Assembly (NCBI GenBank): GCA_028707005.1
Contig: JAQTVB010000001.1
Coordinates: forward strand, 755 to 64,754
Direction: 5' to 3'
Length of the DNA stretch: 64,000 bases
From: Patescibacteria group bacterium
GTDB lineage: Bacteria; Patescibacteriota; Patescibacteriia; Patescibacteriales; GWC2-42-12
Each line of letters begins with the position of its first letter. Position 1 is the stretch's first letter. The notes under the pieces are model-generated. The model saw only the letters and a list, made by a program, of their open reading frames with translations, did not search any database and was not told the DNA's origin. A program made the position numbers and the translations under genes. Positions 58,201 through 64,000 of the stretch are shown here, in pieces.

Positions 58201-59970
58201 CGCGTCGTTGGCTAATTTAGCTTCCTGCCAAAAATTACAAGTGCCTGGAGTAAAAGCATCGCAATCGTCATTTGATCGACAGGATATTTTAATATGCCCA
58301 TCGCATTTTCCCTGGCCGCTTTTAAAATAGACTTTGCCCGCTTGAGCGCCGAAATATTTGCCGATGATGGTCACAAAATTTCCGGCCGCGCCGTTAGGCG
58401 TAGTCTGGCCGCATTTTACCGAGCCACCGCAATCGCTATCAGCCAAGCAGGCTTTATTAACATCATTTTCGCAAAAACCGCCGGCCGGAAAAATTCCGGT
58501 GATCACCGGCAGGCGTTGGCATAGGCAGCAATTGGCCACGCCCGCGCCATAGCCGCCGGCCGCGCAAGCCGCTTGATTTGAATTTTGCGCCGTGCAAAAT
58601 TGGGAGGCGCACAAGCTATTATTGCAGGTAGCCGGAACGGATAAATCATTGGCGCAAGCCTGTCCGTCGCAGGCGCCGCACTCTCCGCCGCAATCCACAT
58701 CGGCTTCATCCAAATCTTTAATGCCGTTGCAGCAATGGCCCGGCCTGATCTTTGCGGTAAAACTGTCTTCAGCCGGCTGGTTGGCCACGTCATGAGCTTT
58801 AATTTTAAAAATATAGTTGTCGCCCGCCTTCATGGCCGTGGTGTCGTAGACGTGCTCGGCTGACTGATAGGTCTTGCCATTGCCGGCGATCTGCTTGGCC
58901 ATCGTTTCCGCGCCGTCTTGTTTTTGCTGATAAAAAACCAAATCTGCAATGCCAAGATCATCTCGGCCCCAGCCGGTGACGGTATTGGCGCCCGCCTTCA
59001 TGGCAACTCCGGCTTCAGTCTGGCAGATCTGCGCCGGCACGATGCCGGCTTCAGGGCCGGCCGTATCAATTAAATTGCCGGTGGAAAACACGAATTCGCA
59101 GGGCGCGTTAAAACCGCAGCTCAAGCTCTGGCCGCCGGCCGAAATGATGCCGCTCAAACCGTTGATCTTTACTTTAAATTTGCTCCAGGCCGGAAAACAG
59201 CCCAGCGTATTTTTTTCATCCCCGCAAGCCGTGGTGGTGGCATAGCTCATGGCCCAGCGGCCGTTGACAAAGTCTCTCATGCCACCCATGTCCAGCGCCT
59301 CGCCCAAAGCAGTGATATTTTGAGAATTGGCCGGATCAATATCGGCTATTTTCTCCATTTTAAAATTATTGTCCAAAATCTGCTGGGTAATATTTTCGGC
59401 CGCCACGCCATTAAAAAAGGCTTTAACCGTTACGTTGCGCGCTACATTTATGTCCTGGTCGCCCGGCCTGGTGGCGGTTAAGCCAAAAGCGCCGCCGCCA
59501 TAAGGCGTGCCGCAAGGACCGGCTTGACAGGAACTATTGCAACAATACTGGCCGGCTGAACAGGCCGGGTTGCAGATCGTGCCGTCGCCTTGGCCGCCGG
59601 TCGTCGCGCCAAGCAAACTATTTAAAATAAAGCTGGCGATCGCGAAAGAAGCCAAAATAATAATCAGGCCGATCACCGCGCCGGTTAAAATCTTTTTGGC
59701 TTTTTCTATTTTATCCGCCTCGCCCCCGGCCGTCATCCACAGCCAGCCGGCGTAAATTATCAAACCGACCGCGATGATGCCTAAGAATCCCAGCGCTATC
59801 CTGATAATATTAGCCACCACGACTCTGGGATCGGTCGCCGACAAGCCGGTGCCGGCGGCGTAGTTTAAGCCCGTGTCAACCGCCGCCATGGCAAAATGAG
59901 CCGAAGCGAACAAGGCGATCAGCAGGCAAGCGATGAAAACTAGTTTTTTTATTATTTTAAAATTATACAT
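52252..59970 (-). CDS. Giant Cys-rich surface protein: T4SS/VirB2-like pilin N-terminus, Ig-like, IPT/TIG, CBM-like and FN3 domains
   Basis: IIYAGWLWMTAGG...AKK pilin motif; WSD.Q[IV] TIG motifs; YYFAV[TS]A FN3; start trimmed to MYNF. Confidence 0.88.
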   Translation of the reverse strand: MYNFKIIKKLVFIACLLIALFASAHFAMAAVDTGLNYAAGTGLSATDPRVVVANIIRIALGFLGIIAVGLIIYAGWLWMTAGGEADKIEKAKKILTGAVIGLIIILASFAIASFILNSLLGATTGGQGDGTICNPACSAGQYCCNSSCQAGPCGTPYGGGAFGLTATRPGDQDINVARNVTVKAFFNGVAAENITQQILDNNFKMEKIADIDPANSQNITALGEALDMGGMRDFVNGRWAMSYATTTACGDEKNTLGCFPAWSKFKVKINGLSGIISAGGQSLSCGFNAPCEFVFSTGNLIDTAGPEAGIVPAQICQTEAGVAMKAGANTVTGWGRDDLGIADLVFYQQKQDGAETMAKQIAGNGKTYQSAEHVYDTTAMKAGDNYIFKIKAHDVANQPAEDSFTAKIRPGHCCNGIKDLDEADVDCGGECGACDGQACANDLSVPATCNNSLCASQFCTAQNSNQAACAAGGYGAGVANCCLCQRLPVITGIFPAGGFCENDVNKACLADSDCGGSVKCGQTTPNGAAGNFVTIIGKYFGAQAGKVYFKSGQGKCDGHIKISCRSNDDCDAFTPGTCNFWQEAKLANDAGAGNSQCAHVWSDTQIIAIVPVGAATGPIKVEAASGFSDDSLTNPRLDDFLINTIARPGLCQLAPASGKMNDTITYGGVGLTKDNQAYFGDWSASTTALSSVFTDVRGKQGAAQVPNIQTGKTTSFVADEAKKVLSNYLEFQKTAEPYAGPLISSFDPVQGAAGQYITIRGQGFGAAKGTSEIYFGPALNDKKASYTFPEVCADSVWSDKQVIVKAPAGLANGDYVIYMKIAKSGGQFWEIDSSDLSPAAFTADSTLPLAPSLCKLDPIMGQRNSQVSLWGEYFGDQDANSQVRFQLNHNQSGSAIAFWGIDTEAQGNPKPDKAETTVHQQAVTGPVRAVKTLIDHGVSKEAVGNGLNFTVGICKQTGDCGADSLCCSTGTPYAGQCKSTTGGKTEQDVCFPQYKSSVYQWTFSTTYLPSVGDPCYNGAVSGTCDASQSRCEAAGLVCQPRSCTCAEHPAIGDPCYQDGVAGDCSSDDNQCDLAISVCNTDECICKSLAGGPCYKDGKAGSCDINKDQCDHATTYCDTASCICQPKDCVNQEKCNIPNPLAVGATFRCCSVGECNYDGTCDDCPANSPAQCGDGSCCKDNSYCRDTDNNSATPTVCTAPDSCAGYGNQCAGGYYCPNSLGLCSSYAGGLTAAGDCGDDYCHAAYPVICGSGQCVYDQTLNKCRLKDRTCDDLAASESMKFDAEEPDAASDFDTEPASNFKIGIVAEGSNKIYAQNGFHNLFSTDFVPININTTYYIFGRFKSAGTGKVCVKNGTEVIANSAYKTCTNDANICDAANGESCVPFKSRLYFGLAPYDENQKLISAEEVLRKGSDATIASVSDTQIVVKEAISGWNDQTTVAGVRSLGFYYDGDTSHRVDYVFSWYPTPCGTTNPANSSCFNSVELNRGAYNGTGINGSKVINLNHALPQQVLDEINKPGAKVVVKNHYGGNTYLYAAAVNSAVPWEWENLAYNRGGITGQSFGNGPNAFRMGTKYVKLVLLVNYRQTENEKIQFDDIVFAEQQCRTVSGYSTKILQINSGGNPCPGGTFLDANGWCSIIRAGGQAGDASVCELNVCPSGSICQAKQCLIDKNVCASGASCVSGKCQKASAGACECCCRLDYSAQDCCYPLKCQGNCGSDRNADTNTLGYCTGCTVKIGGTVNQAASNRACNCKNASGKFCDTAGAGGDGICQDCSGLSGSGNCTKLGVGTCCVDAMGGNACRGGTETVSSGVSGDTNAYCSYYPCDNSTATCGSAIYKTTLPSYRTAAGCSASCTLPPAFGQTCFNYSTTQPRCDTDICTGFNCLNEDGTGPQNPPNDCGTCCCDPAANPDKCTAINTLLTCKANQSPCSGDKRGLCCGCTKDGDCGSAATTGCGADACCHARPSVESAKPMGPGICRNALIQATFNQYMRPDSFANNIMVAGSYGADPCPSGTTYLTAAYRPSLAGRIKAWLAKAPLVNKLFAQEALALNGNYCVVPGAVDGYNIANKTVVEYKLRKMLDAGRRYYVIIKGDADTSDAIKEGVLAASGVGMNSVGAPLGGDAYENPAVFNGQNFKNAKIWYFTTKESSDVDSGICRLASVAVNPASYLFKTSVNDTKDDNSQNADYDTVQDSDKIFRATGYSADGQALSSIAGLYSWEWSWAIEDQTVVKFKAGENATDNVVIVAQNIKDASTLLDAKATIAEDSVMGTKGAVKEGQAEIYVFLCDNPWPVVKADGTWAPWTDLAGNCAAGGGDCYNTNFSLHYCRDAGEAGTADDLPALSESAIIRGASAADDIVKELYFFRGVAPDVASGLSVNALRAGGKVSASWNPARSAAGYKLYYGTASGQYNKNIDIKSAATNYTVTGLVNGQVYYFAVTAYNNKAIESGYSNEASTTPADTLAPATPRDLSVTVGSNQTTVAWAPNIDDTVSYKVYYGASRDGSGAVIPGASVKVDKSKCSNALCSTAITGLASGTTYYFAVSALDAQGNESGRIQGTAATADSLNANQAMPDER

Positions 59971-59975
59971 TGCAT

Positions 59976-60239
59976 TGTCATTGCGAGGATCCGCCAGCTG
60001 GCGGAGACGAAGCAATCTCTGGTTAGAAACGCTTTACATGTCTAGCGCTAAATATCTTTGTTTTCCTTGTTTTTATACTGGTCGTTTCTGTTTAACAGAT
60101 TATCGGTTACTCCAACGTAAAATACATTATGCGATTTATTAGTGTTTATGTATACAAAATAGTATTTCTCATAAATCATATTCGTTCTAACTTACCAGAG
60201 ATTGCCGCGTCGTCGCTAACGCTCCTCCTCGCAATGACA
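59976..60239. mobile_element. TGTCAT...ATGACA-bordered element carrying a GIY-YIG remnant
   Basis: Arms tgtcattgcgagg...gcaatctctggt and accagagattgc...cctcgcaatgaca enclose the nuclease fragment. Confidence 0.75.
60048..60179 (-). pseudogene. Truncated GIY-YIG nuclease (43 aa)
   Basis: MIYEKYYFVYINTNKSHNVFYVGVTDNLLNRNDQYKNKENKDI*: YxY...YxGxTxNLxxR motif. Confidence 0.8.
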
Positions 60240-60314
60240 TACAAGAAAAGATTGTCGTATCATCCAACCTCGGTTGTTTTAACTAGGGCTGGCTTCGGGA
60301 ATGACAAAAATGGT

Positions 60315-63149
60315 TTATTCGCAAACTCCTTTAGCCCTGCCGTTGCAGCAGGACGGCTTATTGTCGCTCACCGCTTGAGCGCCCGAACAGGCCGGACCGG
60401 CGCCGGGCTTATAGCAATTTTGATAGACATCTTTTAAGCCTGAACCGGCTTGCGCCTGATAACTGGCGGCACCGCTAAAATTGCTGTGGTTGATGAAAAC
60501 ATCGCTTTCTTCATACTCGCCGTCTTTAGGCTCTTTATCAAAACCCTTGCCGGTCACCCAATATGCCAAAGGCGCCTGGGCAAGAGCGTTTAAATTAAGC
60601 AGTTGATGGACAATTTGCTCCTCGCCGTTAACCACCGTGACACTGCCCGTGGTCAATCTGGAAGACATCATTAATTTGTCAAAATGCATTTGCACTGAAT
60701 TGGACAAGCCGACATTATCGGCCGGGTAAGCCGGAACGGTTTGAGTTGCTTTCGGGCTGGTAATATCTAAAAGGTCGCTGATGAAAAACGACCAGCGGAA
60801 ACTATCGCCGTTGTTCTGGGCCGCAGTTAACGCCACGGCGCCGGTGCAGTTAACGCCAGAACCGCAAACCGTTTCTTCATCATTTAAACTGCATTGCCGA
60901 TTGTTGCCGTTCGCGCATAAGCCGTAAAGATCATTTTCATTATAATAACTTACCGGTCCTTGAGCGAGAATGTCGCGATTGCCGTCCAGAGAATTCATGG
61001 CCATGTCCACTATGCCGTCCACGATATTCGGTTTGGTCATATCAGCCTGCGGATAATTTTTTCCATTAGCGTCTTGGCAAATTTTCTCGGCTGAATCGCA
61101 AAGATTAAAAGGCGCTTTGCTGGCGCAGTCAAGATTAGCGGCACAAGCGGCAAAATTGGCCGCGGCCAATTCCACCTTTAAGCGGCTATTGGCCGGCAGG
61201 CAATAAATTTTTTCCCCGCAAGCGTTAAAACCGCATTCATTATCAGAAATAAAATTAACCGTGCGGTACTGGTTGGAAATTTCAAATTTTCCGCCCAAAG
61301 AATTGCCGGCGCATTTATTGCTCACGCATTTATAGGATTTGCATTCCGCGTCAGCGCTGCAGGCCGCGTCTCCTGCTTTGGCGGCCGCGGCATTATTGAC
61401 TACTCTAATATAATTTTCCACTTCGGTATTGGCTCCGGAAACCGTTAAAGGCATGACCGCCTCGTTAAAATCAAGCTGAATGGTCGCGTTCATGGGCTTA
61501 TCGCCCCGCCCCTTAACAATCTTAGCTGTTTGCTTATCCGCGCCGCGAGCCGCCGCCGCTATGGTTAGGGCGTCGGGATTGCTGGTCTTTAATTCAATAT
61601 TATTACCATCCGTTCCGGCTACTGCGGCTGTTATAGTTACGATTTTAGCTAAACTCGTTGCCGTTACTTCGTTATTGCCGCTCAACGCTATTTTGATATT
61701 AGCCGCGGTGGCTCCAATACCACTTCCCAAACTAATTTGCCCCGCTCCGGCAGCTCCGGCCACAAAAGTGTAAACCGTGTTGCCCACGGTTAAAGTGTCG
61801 GCCGTGATCGCCCTGGATACCGTTATATTCCAGCCGTTGCCGGCCGTAAAACTGCCGGTGGCGCTATTTAAAGTTAAAAGCAAATTGCATTCGCCGAAAG
61901 CAATGGTTTTTTGTCCCGCGCTGTTTTGTCCAAAAACGCCCTGGCCTAACATCGTGGCGCCAGGGGAAGGTGAAGAATAAAGTATGGCAACTAATCCGCC
62001 GTTATCAGCCAAACTAACATTTAAAGTGCCGTCCTGTTGGCAGTTGGCATTGATGATCGTGCTAGCGGCTGGCGTGTCACTTTGCGGATCGGACTTGACC
62101 GTGCTTGCCACTCGCGCATCGCGCCCAGCTAGCGGCTGTTCGCTTACCGTGATTGTCCATCGCGCTGGCACCGCCTGGCCGGAAGTATTGGCAGCGTCCT
62201 GGCTCACGTCCGGCGCCGGAAAAATTCCGCTTGACTCCACTTGCGGCGGAGTTAAGTCAATCTTATTGCTCACTTCAAAACTCCATTCATAATCATTGCC
62301 GAACGAGCCAAAGGCTTTTTTACCATCAGCTTTTAAAATATCATTCCCCAGATACACGGCATAATTTATATACTCGGCGGGCGAACCTAAATAGGTGTCC
62401 GGCATGAAGACAAAGGTTTTATTATTGGTGGTGGAATAAACTTTAGCGCTTACAGTCGGGCAGGTGCCGATAGCCGTACCTAAACATTTGAGCTCATCCG
62501 CTAGTTTAAATATTCTAACGTTATTATTGGCAATCGCTCCGCCGTTACATTTTGGAGTTGGAGGAGTTGTTGAATTATCTGTACCTACCGGATCGCAAAG
62601 CGTATCCAGTTGCATCGCTTCCCTGAAAGTCACGATAATACTGGTGTTGCGCGGCACGTCTTTTTGCCCGCGCGCCGGATAATGCGATTCTATGATGCCG
62701 TTGCCCAAAGCCGAAATGCCGCCGCCGCTCGGGCCGCCGCCAGCCGGATTATTAGCGCCGCCGCTGGTTGAATTCGTAAGCATATTTAAAATGAAAGTGG
62801 CGATAGCGAATGACGCGAAAATAATAATCAAGCCGATGACCGCGTTTTTTAAAATGTTCTTGGCCTGTTCTATTTTCTCTTCATTGCCATTACTGGTCAT
62901 CCAGATAAAACCGGCGTAAATAATCAAGCTCACGGCAATGATGCCCAAAAACCCCAGGGCTATTCTGATAATGTTGGCAATAATAACTCTCGGATCAGTG
63001 TTGGACAAACCGGTAGCCTCCACGTAGTTCAATCCCAGGTTAGGTTCGGCCGCCAGCGTAAAGTTCGCCAACAAAAAAATAGCCGTTGTCGCGATAAACA
63101 AATAGACAGCTACTTTTAAATTTTTGGAGTATTTTGAAAATGAAAGCAT
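60315..63149 (-). CDS. Large Cys-containing surface protein with the same pilin-like N-terminus and Ig-like domains
   Basis: N-terminus paralogous to the 52252 gene (GLS.TDPRV..ANIIRIALGFLGIIAV.LIIYAG); VPRNTSIIVTF Ig-like motif. Confidence 0.85.
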   Translation of the reverse strand: MLSFSKYSKNLKVAVYLFIATTAIFLLANFTLAAEPNLGLNYVEATGLSNTDPRVIIANIIRIALGFLGIIAVSLIIYAGFIWMTSNGNEEKIEQAKNILKNAVIGLIIIFASFAIATFILNMLTNSTSGGANNPAGGGPSGGGISALGNGIIESHYPARGQKDVPRNTSIIVTFREAMQLDTLCDPVGTDNSTTPPTPKCNGGAIANNNVRIFKLADELKCLGTAIGTCPTVSAKVYSTTNNKTFVFMPDTYLGSPAEYINYAVYLGNDILKADGKKAFGSFGNDYEWSFEVSNKIDLTPPQVESSGIFPAPDVSQDAANTSGQAVPARWTITVSEQPLAGRDARVASTVKSDPQSDTPAASTIINANCQQDGTLNVSLADNGGLVAILYSSPSPGATMLGQGVFGQNSAGQKTIAFGECNLLLTLNSATGSFTAGNGWNITVSRAITADTLTVGNTVYTFVAGAAGAGQISLGSGIGATAANIKIALSGNNEVTATSLAKIVTITAAVAGTDGNNIELKTSNPDALTIAAAARGADKQTAKIVKGRGDKPMNATIQLDFNEAVMPLTVSGANTEVENYIRVVNNAAAAKAGDAACSADAECKSYKCVSNKCAGNSLGGKFEISNQYRTVNFISDNECGFNACGEKIYCLPANSRLKVELAAANFAACAANLDCASKAPFNLCDSAEKICQDANGKNYPQADMTKPNIVDGIVDMAMNSLDGNRDILAQGPVSYYNENDLYGLCANGNNRQCSLNDEETVCGSGVNCTGAVALTAAQNNGDSFRWSFFISDLLDITSPKATQTVPAYPADNVGLSNSVQMHFDKLMMSSRLTTGSVTVVNGEEQIVHQLLNLNALAQAPLAYWVTGKGFDKEPKDGEYEESDVFINHSNFSGAASYQAQAGSGLKDVYQNCYKPGAGPACSGAQAVSDNKPSCCNGRAKGVCE

Positions 63150-63237
63150 GGGGAAAAAATTGAAATTTATATTCTTTGACTTTTGCACCTTTTTGTAATA
63201 TTATTATAACACTAATAGCCGGGGGAAAGCAAACTCT

Positions 63238-64000
63238 ATGACCATTAACCAAGTTACCAGTAAATTTAAAGAAAATAACCCCAAGGCCGACACCACCTTG
63301 ATAGAGTTGGCGTATGAATTCGCGATCAAAGCCCATGGCGGGCAAAAAAGAAAAAACGGCGAGCCGTATATCCAGCACTGCCTGCATACGGCTTTTGTTT
63401 TAGTGCAAACTAAAGCTGATTTAGAAACCGTAATCGCCGGCCTGCTTCATGACATCCCCGAGGATACGGAATACACCTTAGCGGATGTTGAAAAAAATTT
63501 CGGCGCTGAAGTGGCGAGCCTGGTTGAGGGCATCACTAAATTAAGCAAAATAAAATACCGCGGCATCGAGCGCTATCGCGAAAGCTTAAGAAAAATGTTT
63601 TTGGCCATGGCCCGCGACCTAAGAGTTATCTTGATTAAATTCGCCGACCGCCTTCATAATCTTAGAACGTTGGATTCTCTGCCCTTGGAAAAGCGCCTGC
63701 GCATCGCTAAAGAAACTCTGGAAATTTACGCCCCCATCGCCGGCCTCCTGGGCATCATGCAATTAAAATGGCAGATGGAAGATATTTGCTTTAAACATCT
63801 TTATCCGGAGGAATACAAAAAACTGGCCTATAAATACGAGGTGGAAAAAAGGCTGGAGCATAACCAATACATTCAAAAAATAAAAAATATTTTAAGCGCG
63901 AAACTCCGCGAAGCTAAAATCCCTTTTGAGCTCACCAGCCGCTTTAAGCATCTTTACAGCATTTACCTTAAAATGCAGAAAAAAAACAGAAGATTTGATG
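63238..64000 (+). CDS. relA: RelA/SpoT (p)ppGpp synthetase/hydrolase (runs off window)
   Basis: AHGGQKRKNGEPYIQH, AGLLHDIPEDT, IKFADRLHNLRTL, EIYAPIA, RFKHLYSIY.KM. Confidence 0.94.
   Translation, partial: MTINQVTSKFKENNPKADTTLIELAYEFAIKAHGGQKRKNGEPYIQHCLHTAFVLVQTKADLETVIAGLLHDIPEDTEYTLADVEKNFGAEVASLVEGITKLSKIKYRGIERYRESLRKMFLAMARDLRVILIKFADRLHNLRTLDSLPLEKRLRIAKETLEIYAPIAGLLGIMQLKWQMEDICFKHLYPEEYKKLAYKYEVEKRLEHNQYIQKIKNILSAKLREAKIPFELTSRFKHLYSIYLKMQKKNRRFD

Noticed and set aside
52284-62919. Alternative-frame and antisense ORFs within the giant surface genes
   Set aside because: Expected from GC-rich Ala/Gly/Cys codons; no independent signals

Overview
The window looks like Patescibacteria/CPR (Parcubacteria-like) DNA. 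This is inferred from the r-protein extensions, T4SS-pilin-anchored giant proteins, split comEC, scarce Shine-Dalgarno sites and several apparently leaderless genes. Nearly all genes are on the minus strand. They include the str-tuf-S10-spc r-protein cluster (rpsL to rpsE), rpmB, ndk, split comEC, frameshifted prfB, htrA, an nrdR-nrdD-nrdG class III RNR operon, an ABC exporter, ftsA/ftsZ, ybeY/dgkA, a cluster of giant Cys-rich surface proteins and the start of relA/spoT. Hand reading found items missing from the ORF track. (1) Two adjacent, apparently paralogous ribosome-dependent transcription attenuators at 21.4-23.7 kb. Each has a 30-aa leader peptide starting M-[LF]-K-T (one Ile-rich, one Phe/Tyr/Trp-rich), alternative 1:2/2:3/3:4 helices, a boxA-like site, a shared hairpin and two small orphan genes. 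The Ile-controlled pair resembles stand-alone LeuA/CimA allosteric half-domains. (2) An intact tRNA cloverleaf upstream of tuf whose anticodon loop is 8 nt and can close into a C(GCAA)G tetraloop. (3) Several inverted-repeat element families that fill intergenic gaps of core operons. Some bracket cargo genes (a perfect 43-bp IR around a gene between rpsG and fusA; a GIY-YIG remnant) and some lie inside coding sequences. (4) A separately encoded NrdD glycyl-radical peptide. (5) Two orphan structured-RNA candidates. All homology calls come from motif recognition by eye; no database search was run.
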